The notes under the pieces are model-generated. The model saw nothing but the letters and a program-made list of their open reading frames with translations, did no database searches and was not told the DNA's origin. A DNA stretch of 52,506 nt from a virus (taxonomy: Duplodnaviria; Caudoviricetes). Position numbers and translations under genes: made by a program. The DNA is taken from the IMG/VR virus record IMGVR_UViG_3300037870_000068, positions 1 through 52,506 of that record. One strand, written 5' to 3'. Shown piece after piece: positions 44,698 through 52,506 of this stretch. Each line of letters opens with the position of its first letter. Position 1 is the stretch's first letter.

Positions 44698-46701
44698 ATG
44701 GCTATAGATCAAGATAAATTAGAAATATCAAAAGAAAAGGATAAGCAAGAGCAACTCCAAAAAATAAAAGAGGATGCAGATCTATGGGAGGAAAGACGTA
44801 ATAAATTAAAAGATAAAGCCATGGAAATATCCGCCGATCCTCAAGCGTGGCTAAAGGGATTTCTCATGAAAAAAGCTGCTGAGGCTGGTCATTACGCTAT
44901 ATCAAAAAAGAGAAGACTCGAGGTTGCCGAGGCGAAAGAAAAAGAATCCCTGATTACTAAAAAAGATAATTCCGATAGATTAAAAACTGCAGTAGAACTT
45001 AAAAAACTTGAAATAGAACCCTCTGAAATTAAATTTGGATTTGAAGCAGCTCAATTGTCTCATATGGTTGAGGGTATAGAAGGTCTCACTTCGATACTCG
45101 AAGATATAAGAGATTTATCTGTAGAACAGTTAAAAACAGATAAAAATCAATTTAAAGCTGACAATAGAACGTCTGCAGCAGAAGAAGCTGCTGGGGCAGG
45201 TTCTAAAATTGGAATTGGTGGTGTTCTTACTACTGATACTGGTAGCAGCGATAAGAATAAATCGGTGGTTGAAGATGGTGTTGATGGAATTATGTCAACT
45301 ATTCAAGATGTAGTAACAGAAGGAGTTGGGGGAGTGCTCGCTGAAAGAGCTATGGGCGGACTTTCATCCGGAACCCCCGATAAAAAACCATCTCCAAAAA
45401 CGAAAGCCGGTGGTCTAAAAGGAATACTCAAAAATATAATGGCAAAATTTGGTAAGGCTGGAAAATTCTTAATGAGTCTCGGCTCTAGGTTCTTGTTACC
45501 TTTAATCACCACCCCTGCAGGATGGGCAGTCCTAGCAGGTCTTGCTGTTGGTGGATTAGTGTTCGCATATTGGGATGATATTGTCTCATTTGTAGGGAAA
45601 ATGTTTGACGGAGTTAAGTCAATGTTTTCCAAAGTTGTATCAAAAATATCTGGTATGTTCTCTGCTGTGGGGGATGCTATTAAAGAGGTTATATCATTCT
45701 TCAACCCTATGAACTTATATCCTATGATCGCTAGAGCATTATTGCCAAAAGGTATGTATGATGCTGTATCTTCTTTCTTTGGTGGTGATACTCATGAAGA
45801 ACGCGACAATAGAGGTAACAGAGATGAAGCTGGTCAAAAACTTAAAGAAGCGGAATCGGATGCTAATGAAGCGGAATATCAACATATGGAGGCAATTGAT
45901 AGGCAACAAGAAGCATCCTCTGATTTAAGTGATTTAAAAACTGCGACAGCCGTGGGTATTTTTCCTGATGGTAGTCAGTCAATATTGCGGATTACAGATA
46001 ATGGAAGGCATAATGTACCAGAAGCAGAAAAAAGAATATTAAAGGCTGGTGCTCGTGTCGCAACACCAGATGAGGTAGCAACACTGAAAGCGTCAGCAGA
46101 AGATAAATTGGCAGTTGCTGATATGAATGTGGAACATCTTGGATTAAAATCTATCGCAGCTGATAAAAAGGTAGCTCTTGCGTTTGATGAACATAAGGAA
46201 TTGGATGATTTAGTCAAGGGGTCTGATCAGAAAAAGAAAACACCGGGTAATGTAGTTGCAGATTTAGATCGTGCTGGTATTATCGATTTCGTTCCATTTT
46301 GGGGGGAGTCTTCAATAAAGAATTGGCATGCATTACAAAAACTTGACTACGGAACACTTGAGAAGGTTTTAGCATTTGACGATTGGAGTGATAAAACTAA
46401 GAAAGGCATTCTTGGTATTATGAATTCTAAAAAACAATTGATTGGTGCAAACGATTTGGAGCCCATTAAACCAAATGAAAATTCAGTTCTCAGAAAGAAT
46501 GAAATGGTATCAGGAGCTCTTCAAAAAGGAATGGATAATAAAATATCACAGGGATCTGGTAATTGGGGAAAGAAACCATCTTCGACAAATATAGTTTCAT
46601 CACCAACAGTTAATAATACAACAATTAAAAAAGAGGTACCATTCGACACTGATATAACTTCAATGAGTTTAAATAAAAGTGCCGTAATGGTACCAGAATA
46701 A
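44698..46701 (+). CDS. Putative tape measure protein (gp29-like)
   Basis: Follows gp26-gp51; helical, with a hydrophobic segment (FLLPLITTPAGWAVLAGLAVGGLVFAYW), periodic Phe repeats and an N/S-rich C-terminus. Confidence 0.65.
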   Translation: MAIDQDKLEISKEKDKQEQLQKIKEDADLWEERRNKLKDKAMEISADPQAWLKGFLMKKAAEAGHYAISKKRRLEVAEAKEKESLITKKDNSDRLKTAVELKKLEIEPSEIKFGFEAAQLSHMVEGIEGLTSILEDIRDLSVEQLKTDKNQFKADNRTSAAEEAAGAGSKIGIGGVLTTDTGSSDKNKSVVEDGVDGIMSTIQDVVTEGVGGVLAERAMGGLSSGTPDKKPSPKTKAGGLKGILKNIMAKFGKAGKFLMSLGSRFLLPLITTPAGWAVLAGLAVGGLVFAYWDDIVSFVGKMFDGVKSMFSKVVSKISGMFSAVGDAIKEVISFFNPMNLYPMIARALLPKGMYDAVSSFFGGDTHEERDNRGNRDEAGQKLKEAESDANEAEYQHMEAIDRQQEASSDLSDLKTATAVGIFPDGSQSILRITDNGRHNVPEAEKRILKAGARVATPDEVATLKASAEDKLAVADMNVEHLGLKSIAADKKVALAFDEHKELDDLVKGSDQKKKTPGNVVADLDRAGIIDFVPFWGESSIKNWHALQKLDYGTLEKVLAFDDWSDKTKKGILGIMNSKKQLIGANDLEPIKPNENSVLRKNEMVSGALQKGMDNKISQGSGNWGKKPSSTNIVSSPTVNNTTIKKEVPFDTDITSMSLNKSAVMVPE

Positions 46702-46706
46702 AATTG

Positions 46707-47558
46707 TTAAGAGTTAGCTAACTTTTCGAAATAAGACATTGCATCGCCTGATTCAACAACTGGTTCTTTTTGTTCAGGAATTGATTCTTGAACTTGGGGT
46801 TGTGATGTTTGTGTTTCTGGCATTGTTGTTCCTAATACATCATTAAGTTTAGTTTGAAGTTCATCATATGATTTGAACTTATCTGGAGCAACTAATTCCG
46901 CTAAGGAATGACACTGTTTCCAGATTGATTCCATTTCATCATCAGATGCCTTGAATTGTGATGGTTCCGAGAATACGGATTTATCATAATTCCAGTAACC
47001 CTCAACCATACGAATTTTCAATTTAAAAGAAGCACCTTTCCAGAGATCAAAAGGGTTAATCGGTGTTTCATCTTCGAACTGAGGTTCCATTGCCTCTGAG
47101 AGTTTATCAAAGATTTTCTTACCATATCTGAAAAGAAAAACCTTACCTTCATTTTCTGGATTTTGTGGATCGGATTCGATATATACATTAGAGTAATAAT
47201 TGAGTCGACGTTTTTGTTTACGTGCAATTTCCTTATCAGATTCTATACCAGAATTCCAAAGTTTAGAATTATATTCCCCGAGAGGATCTTTCTGATTTAA
47301 AGTCGAAAGCGAATTCTCTATATACCATTTACCACTTGGTCCTTTGAACCCGTGGTCCCAGATACGAACCCACGGAAGATCCTCACCATCTGGTGCATCC
47401 ATAAATCTTAATACCGCAAATCCGTTAGAGGATTTATCTAGAACAGGTCTCCATAATTTATCATCATTGTTATTAAACGATTGATTTCGATCTGCAAGTT
47501 TTTCAATTTCTGCAGTTAAACTTGAGAGTGAATTTTTTCTTAAATCTTTAAAAGCCAT
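46707..47558 (-). CDS. gp32: Single-stranded DNA-binding protein
   Basis: D.LW.P..DK..NG.AV.RF, H.F.GP.G.WYIENSL.T...DP, RKQKR.L.YY.N, P.NEGKVFL..YGKKIFDK, NYDKS.F, FKSYDEL, YF.KLA. Confidence 0.97.
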   Translation of the reverse strand: MAFKDLRKNSLSSLTAEIEKLADRNQSFNNNDDKLWRPVLDKSSNGFAVLRFMDAPDGEDLPWVRIWDHGFKGPSGKWYIENSLSTLNQKDPLGEYNSKLWNSGIESDKEIARKQKRRLNYYSNVYIESDPQNPENEGKVFLFRYGKKIFDKLSEAMEPQFEDETPINPFDLWKGASFKLKIRMVEGYWNYDKSVFSEPSQFKASDDEMESIWKQCHSLAELVAPDKFKSYDELQTKLNDVLGTTMPETQTSQPQVQESIPEQKEPVVESGDAMSYFEKLANS

Positions 47559-47637
47559 TTTATTTCCTATTGTGTTGTTGTATTGTATTTACGTTGTATC
47601 ATGATATAAATTTCATCAATATCATTATATATAAACT

Positions 47638-47688
47638 CTATTATACTACATTTTCTGTGTGGTTGTCAAATACTATTTTCATTTATTT
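47638..47688 (-). repeat. Sigma70 promoter direct repeat A (drives gp32)
   Basis: AAATAAATGAAAATA UP element, TTGACA-18-TATAAT; 48/51 identical to 49087-49137. Confidence 0.8.
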
Positions 47689-49005
47689 TTCCCCTTCAAC
47701 CGCCTTTTTAATATGACTTTTAACCAATGGGTCTTTACAATGATCGAGGAATTTCTGGACAGCGAATGAATTCACTCCAAATGATTGTTTACCATTATGA
47801 CGTACACGATTAGGTTGGATAGCAATAGTAGTTTGCCAATAATCAGTTATGAGTGGCCAAAATGTCCTTGCACTAATATATGTTATAGATTTCATTGCAC
47901 CAGTTTGACTCAACTCTTGCAATTTAAATGCATTAGGTTTATTCCCAAATACAGAACTAGATACGACTTTGTTCCTCTCTTTGAAAAATTCTATAAAAAA
48001 ATCATACAATTCTTTCTTGTAAAATATTGGCATTTCGGATTTTGCGGTTTTCCCATAACTACAAAAACAATGATACATTTGTGTAAAAGATTCTAAAGGA
48101 GATGATCCGAAAGACTTTTCTCCAGTAATTTTTGCAACTGCCTTGATGGTTTTCAGTGCCCACTCTACATTTTCTTTTCCTAGTTCACCACTTTCGGTCT
48201 TTCCATACTTCTGAAAATATCCATTTGACATTCCATGTTTTAAACCTTGGAGTGAAGTTATTTCCAACTCACCTTCACCTGCATCCATATCACCATAAAA
48301 AATGTTCATATACCGTAAGAATTCGTGACACTCTACTGCATCTTTCCTTCCAGCTTTATAAGCAGAACAAAACTTCTGTCTTTCATTCTGACCACTGCGT
48401 TCTCCTGCATCGGTAGAATGAGATTCAGCTTCAACCCGAATACACTCTTTCATACTATTATCTATATTATGGAATTTGACATGAACCAATACGTCTGTAT
48501 CCTCTCCCCTATTTGCAAGAAGTTTCATTACAAGTCTATTGTTTCCTTTATCTTTGACTAATTGCCATCTATTTTCTTTCTCATCATACCGCAAAAATGC
48601 AGACAAAACCATGGCATCTGTTGACACATAACCTTTAAGACTATTATCCTCTTTTTTAAGATTTAGGTTTTTAAGTGATTGTTCCTTGCCTCTAGTATTA
48701 GCAAAAATTGGTCTATCGTACCCACCATTCTTTCCTTCTGAAGAAAAAATATAACTGATAGGTACAACGAGAATATGTTGACGTTCCAGTATATCTTTCA
48801 CATTTTCATCATTCTCCATTGATTCATTTAGATCATCTAAAAAAGAATCAATATGCATATGATTTGAATAATTTGAATCATCCTTCCAATCAGGCAATCC
48901 TTCTAATTGTTTTGGTGTATGATACTCATGGAACAATTTAAAATTGTTCACCAAATCAGAATGAATCGGTGAGGTTGTGTTCAGTTTAAAATTAATAAAA
49001 TTCAT
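47683..49005 (-). CDS. Hypothetical protein, divergent ParB/Srx-like N-terminal domain
   Basis: VP...I.....YDR, KGNNR at the DGxHR position, EAE.H..D...R......KF...Y.AG...A. Confidence 0.5.
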   Translation of the reverse strand: MNFINFKLNTTSPIHSDLVNNFKLFHEYHTPKQLEGLPDWKDDSNYSNHMHIDSFLDDLNESMENDENVKDILERQHILVVPISYIFSSEGKNGGYDRPIFANTRGKEQSLKNLNLKKEDNSLKGYVSTDAMVLSAFLRYDEKENRWQLVKDKGNNRLVMKLLANRGEDTDVLVHVKFHNIDNSMKECIRVEAESHSTDAGERSGQNERQKFCSAYKAGRKDAVECHEFLRYMNIFYGDMDAGEGELEITSLQGLKHGMSNGYFQKYGKTESGELGKENVEWALKTIKAVAKITGEKSFGSSPLESFTQMYHCFCSYGKTAKSEMPIFYKKELYDFFIEFFKERNKVVSSSVFGNKPNAFKLQELSQTGAMKSITYISARTFWPLITDYWQTTIAIQPNRVRHNGKQSFGVNSFAVQKFLDHCKDPLVKSHIKKAVEGEK

Positions 49006-49086
49006 AAATTCCTCTATTGGGTTAAAGTCCCCATTGTTGAATAAAAAATTATAACAAAGTATTTTGTTATAATGGATACTGTACTA

Positions 49087-49137
49087 CTATTATACTACAT
49101 CTCCTGTGTGGTTGTCAAATATTATTTTCATTTATTT
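49087..49137 (-). repeat. Sigma70 promoter direct repeat B
   Basis: TTGACA-18-TATAAT with the same UP element; near-identical to 47638-47688. Confidence 0.8.
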
Positions 49138-49977
49138 CAAAAATTTATTCAACGGTGATACTGACAGAAGTCGTTCCTCTGCATCTTTTTTATAAAGTTC
49201 ATTTAACTCAAACCCTATATATTTCCTATCCAAGTCGTGAGCCACTATTGCAGTAGTTCCAGAACCCATAAAAGGATCTAGTACCACATCACCCACATCA
49301 GTCAACCAAGTGATGAATTTTTCTGGAATTTGTGGATGGAATGGAGCAGGATGATTTAATCCTCGTATAGCAGAACAACTATCAAACCTAAACACCGTTG
49401 TTGGTTTAGTGCCTTTAGGATGTGGTGTAGAAGTTCCTCTTTTAGTCAACTCAGTAGAACCGTCATGATTAATTTTATCCTGTCCATTCATCGCATTCTT
49501 GAACCTCTTTAATGATATATCCGCATAGGGTTCACGAACATCATCTATATTTGATTTAAACTTGTTTTTAGTTTTAACAAAATGGAATATATATTCCATT
49601 CTATCATTAAGTCTGCGTACACCAGTAGACGGCATACCTGATTTTTTATGCCAGATATACCTATCATGGAGTGTGAATCCGGTTTCCCTAACCACTCTAC
49701 ATATTAAGTCATACACATAAATAGATCGTTCGGATCCTATAATTTTATCATTTATATTGAAAATAAAGCTACCAGAGTCTTTCATCCCTCTATATGTTTC
49801 ATTAAATAAAGGTAATATCCAATCTGCATAATTATCAGGACGGAATATAGGTATCTCCTTCCCATATGTTAATGTATCTGCATATGGTGGTGATGTTACT
49901 ACCAAATCTAAAAAATCATCAGGGATTGTCTTAGCAAGTTCTATACAATCCCCTAGATATATCTTATTAGTTTCCAA
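49132..49977 (-). CDS. Beta-class DNA methyltransferase (probably N4-cytosine)
   Basis: GDC, VTSPPY (motif IV), IW.K, HPAPF, VLDPFMGSGTT (motif I), IGFEL; TTG start abuts the upstream stop. Confidence 0.9.
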   Translation of the reverse strand: METNKIYLGDCIELAKTIPDDFLDLVVTSPPYADTLTYGKEIPIFRPDNYADWILPLFNETYRGMKDSGSFIFNINDKIIGSERSIYVYDLICRVVRETGFTLHDRYIWHKKSGMPSTGVRRLNDRMEYIFHFVKTKNKFKSNIDDVREPYADISLKRFKNAMNGQDKINHDGSTELTKRGTSTPHPKGTKPTTVFRFDSCSAIRGLNHPAPFHPQIPEKFITWLTDVGDVVLDPFMGSGTTAIVAHDLDRKYIGFELNELYKKDAEERLLSVSPLNKFLK

Positions 49978-50610
49978 TTATACTCCTACTTTAGTAAATC
50001 CACACCATACTCGATTTTTCTTAATTTGACCATAGATACACGAATCAACAGCTACATCGTAATAGTCTCTTGAAATTTTAAGACTTGTACGAGAATTGTT
50101 TTTAGAAGGTGTTCCTAGAGATTTTGGTTCAATACCCTCAAAAACACAAAAATTTATCGAAGATATGAACTTCCTATCTTTAAGTATATCGTCCAATGAT
50201 TTGTCTTCAAACTTATCCCACAAAACTTGGATAAGGTTCATTTTTTTATGCTCCTTTGGTGAATGTGTCGCACCTTGTATACACTCCCCTTGTCCAGTTT
50301 TAAGTTCCCAATGAGTATCACCATCAATCATGTCACCAAAAGACGAAAATTTAGGTTCAACATCACACCCCAATTCTTTTAATTTCTCTGGTAAATATAA
50401 TTCAAATATCTTACCAAATGATACCCCAATATCAACTCCGAATTCTGCGGCTGATTTGGCATCCCAATAAGTAGCACGATGCTCATTCAGAGTCCTATGA
50501 CTCCCTTTCTTTTTCCAATACCTAATTATTCTATCAAGAATTAATTCTTCATTCATATCTCTAATAATTTCTTCAATATTATCTTTTATAACACGTTTAA
50601 CATCATTCAT
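49978..50610 (-). CDS. Putative type II restriction endonuclease (PD-(D/E)XK)
   Basis: GKIFE...L helix, GD.......WELKT catalytic pattern; lies between two methyltransferases. Confidence 0.55.
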   Translation of the reverse strand: MNDVKRVIKDNIEEIIRDMNEELILDRIIRYWKKKGSHRTLNEHRATYWDAKSAAEFGVDIGVSFGKIFELYLPEKLKELGCDVEPKFSSFGDMIDGDTHWELKTGQGECIQGATHSPKEHKKMNLIQVLWDKFEDKSLDDILKDRKFISSINFCVFEGIEPKSLGTPSKNNSRTSLKISRDYYDVAVDSCIYGQIKKNRVWCGFTKVGV

Positions 50611-50630
50611 AATATATTCACCATTTATAA

Positions 50631-51509
50631 TTAACTTAAAAATTTATCAAGTGTTGATACGTTATTCTCATAATTCGTCAATAATAATTCTTTCCTTTCC
50701 TTTTGATCCTCCCCATATTTTTTAGTACTTACCATAGTATATGTAAGATCCCATTCCGTCTGATTCCATGCCGTAAACCATTCACGGAGAGTTGGATTGG
50801 AATTATATGTAATCATACATTTATTACCAGACTTTGATACCTTTTCATAGAATTCTCTGTGATCAAATCCTTTGTGCATATCTCCATCCTTCCCATATAA
50901 AGCATCCTTGATATCATATGGTGGATCTAGAAATAGAAATACATTTGGATCATCATCAATCAATTCAGAATAATCTAGGTTCGTTATTTTCCAGTTCTTG
51001 ATAATTTTTCCATAAGTCATCAGAGATTCTATTGCCCTAAAGTTGAAACAATCTCTCATGGCCCACGTGGACATAGTACCCTTTTCAGTTAAACCAGAGA
51101 AAGACATTCTATTCATGGCATACCACCTCCATCCAACCTCAAATGGGTCTGTCTGATCTCCTATCTCTGCTCTGATTTCCTGGAAAAATTCACGACTCTT
51201 ATCCACATCATCGCCGATTGATTCCTTCTTTTTCTTTAAAATATTGGCCAATTGTTCGGTATCACTCTGCAAAGTAATCCAGAAATAATATAAACTCTGG
51301 TACTTGTCATTTATATGAATGGGAATATTTGGGAATAAACGTGCAAATGCCAAGGCAGGAGAACCCCCACCACCGAAAGCATCTCGGTACTGGGTAATTT
51401 CCTGTATATTGGAAGGAAGTTTGGTATCATGAAACAGATACTTCATTGCCTTTGATTTACCACCCGGATACCTGAGTGGTGTTTTATAACTATTTATTAA
51501 TTTTTTAAT
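50631..51509 (-). CDS. dam: Dam-like (D12 class) N6-adenine DNA methyltransferase
   Basis: KTPLRYPGGKS (upstream of the ORF-track Met), F.GGGS, IND, NR.SFSGL, FLDPPY, H.GFDH, MITYN, ELL..NY. Start extended to ATT behind AAGGTG. Confidence 0.9.
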   Translation of the reverse strand: MKKLINSYKTPLRYPGGKSKAMKYLFHDTKLPSNIQEITQYRDAFGGGGSPALAFARLFPNIPIHINDKYQSLYYFWITLQSDTEQLANILKKKKESIGDDVDKSREFFQEIRAEIGDQTDPFEVGWRWYAMNRMSFSGLTEKGTMSTWAMRDCFNFRAIESLMTYGKIIKNWKITNLDYSELIDDDPNVFLFLDPPYDIKDALYGKDGDMHKGFDHREFYEKVSKSGNKCMITYNSNPTLREWFTAWNQTEWDLTYTMVSTKKYGEDQKERKELLLTNYENNVSTLDKFLS

Positions 51510-51546
51510 AAATTCACCTTTCTAATTAATAATGTATCTACCTCAT

Positions 51547-51575
51547 ATTATATCAAAACACTTATTAAATGTCAA
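51547..51575 (-). promoter_or_regulatory. Sigma70-type early promoter for the methylase operon
   Basis: Perfect TTGACA-17-TATAAT. Confidence 0.8.
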
Positions 51576-51582
51576 ATATTAT

Positions 51583-52005
51583 TTAATAGATTCCAAAATA
51601 TCCAAGTTCGGAATCATGAATATTTAAGAATTTAAATTTCAATCCACGTTCCCATTTTACTGTACCATCACCTTCATATTTTTCCATATCAGCAAATTTA
51701 ATAGTACCCTTTAGTACATTAATAATTGCAATAGTTCTATGTTCAAATGAATTGGGTTTGGATAGAGGGGTTTCAAGTCTCACTAGAACATCACCATTCT
51801 TCATACCTTTACCAAATTCGTTATTATCAGCATTATCAGCCTTAAATACTACTTGCCATTTCTTCGCTAATTTTTGCTCTATTACAGCAATACCATCAGA
51901 GAATGCACCAAGTGCCGGTTTATTCGAATGACTTATAGTCTTTGCGACATCTTCAAATGGGATCTTACCAGATATTGACTCTGTTAATTCTTTAAATGTT
52001 TTCAT
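51583..52005 (-). CDS. Putative capsid internal protein
   Basis: MKTFKELTE N-terminus resembles the T4 internal-protein capsid targeting sequence with an LxE cleavage site. Confidence 0.6.
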   Translation of the reverse strand: MKTFKELTESISGKIPFEDVAKTISHSNKPALGAFSDGIAVIEQKLAKKWQVVFKADNADNNEFGKGMKNGDVLVRLETPLSKPNSFEHRTIAIINVLKGTIKFADMEKYEGDGTVKWERGLKFKFLNIHDSELGYFGIY

Positions 52006-52250
52006 TTCTTTTTTCTTCCTTTAAGTATTGTGTCTGCATCCCATCTAAGAAACTTAATCTCAGCATCTTTTATCTGTTGGAGTACATTGTCAGGTAACGA
52101 TTCGAGTTTCTTCTTCATTTTCTTATATGCAGGTGAAGAAGGATTAATCTTATCAATCTTACCATATTCTTTCTTTAATGTGGCAAGTTGTGCATCAGAC
52201 ATTCCTGCGGCCTCATCTATCTCAACCGACACTTCCTTAAATGTTTTCAT
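52002..52250 (-). CDS. Putative capsid internal protein
   Basis: MKTFKEVSVEIDE N-terminus with an IxE cleavage site; small and basic. Confidence 0.6.
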   Translation of the reverse strand: MKTFKEVSVEIDEAAGMSDAQLATLKKEYGKIDKINPSSPAYKKMKKKLESLPDNVLQQIKDAEIKFLRWDADTILKGRKKK

Positions 52251-52398
52251 TATTTTTTCGTTCCTTTAATTTCTTATCTGCATCATCGAAAAAGTCTTTG
52301 AATTTGGTAGGTTTTTGAAATTCGTTGTGACCCATTCCTTGAACCCTCGCCCATTCTTCATCCGACATTATTCCAGTGGTTTCTTTATCTTCTTTCAT
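52237..52398 (-). CDS. 53-aa hypothetical protein (not in ORF track)
   Basis: MKEDKETTGIMSDEEWARVQGMGHNEFQKPTKFKDFFDDADKKLKERKNNENI, directly after a promoter. Confidence 0.5.
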   Translation of the reverse strand: MKEDKETTGIMSDEEWARVQGMGHNEFQKPTKFKDFFDDADKKLKERKNNENI

Positions 52399-52433
52399 AT
52401 TTATATTATACCTTATTCGTAGTTAAATGTCAA
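52398..52433 (-). promoter_or_regulatory. Tandem early (TTGACA-17-TATAAT) and late (TATAAATA) promoter
   Basis: -35 at 52428-52433, -10 at 52405-52410, TATAAATA at 52398-52405. Confidence 0.7.
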
Positions 52434-52506
52434 GGTCTTCTCAAAACTTTCGGCTCAGTATCCCATCTATCTTCAACAGATCTTTGAAGTTCGGATTCGG
52501 GTATAT

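Noticed and set aside
1-52506. tRNA, rRNA, introns or inteins
   Set aside because: No cloverleaf or rRNA-like segments were seen in the short intergenic gaps, and core genes are uninterrupted and of normal length. A covariance-model scan was not run.
1-52506. Alternative genetic code (stop-codon reassignment)
   Set aside because: Core genes are full length under the standard code and end in TAA, TAG or TGA at the expected positions.

Overview
This is a 52.5-kb, AT-rich fragment of a T4-like myophage, most similar in gene style to marine/aquatic T4-like phages. The host probably uses sigma70 promoters and Shine-Dalgarno sites. About 1-30 kb (minus strand) is a late morphogenesis block: gp5, PAAR, gp25, gp6, gp7, gp8, a split DUF4815/VrlC-like protein, four fibre/adhesin/chaperone modules, gp13-14-15, gp16 and the start of gp17. 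About 30-36.5 kb is an accessory region with three repeated promoter-stem-loop cassettes, a stand-alone sigma70 region-4 protein, an HSDL2-like SDR and an IpdC/PPDC-type TPP-dependent 2-keto-acid decarboxylase. Next come an inverted, stand-alone gp18-gp19 unit, the hub/tail-assembly genes (gp27-like, gp53, gp48, gp4, gp2, gp54-like, gp26, gp51, tape measure) and gp32. The right end holds a ParB-like cassette, a Dam + PD-(D/E)XK nuclease + m4C-methylase operon and two proteins with T4 internal-protein capsid-targeting N-termini. The strongest leads are the keto-acid decarboxylase/SDR (Ehrlich- or auxin-type) metabolic pair, a matrixin metalloprotease embedded in a tail-fibre-like protein, a candidate -1 frameshift fusing gp26 to gp51, and the RM/internal-protein island. 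All calls come from motif recognition and synteny only; no database searches were run.
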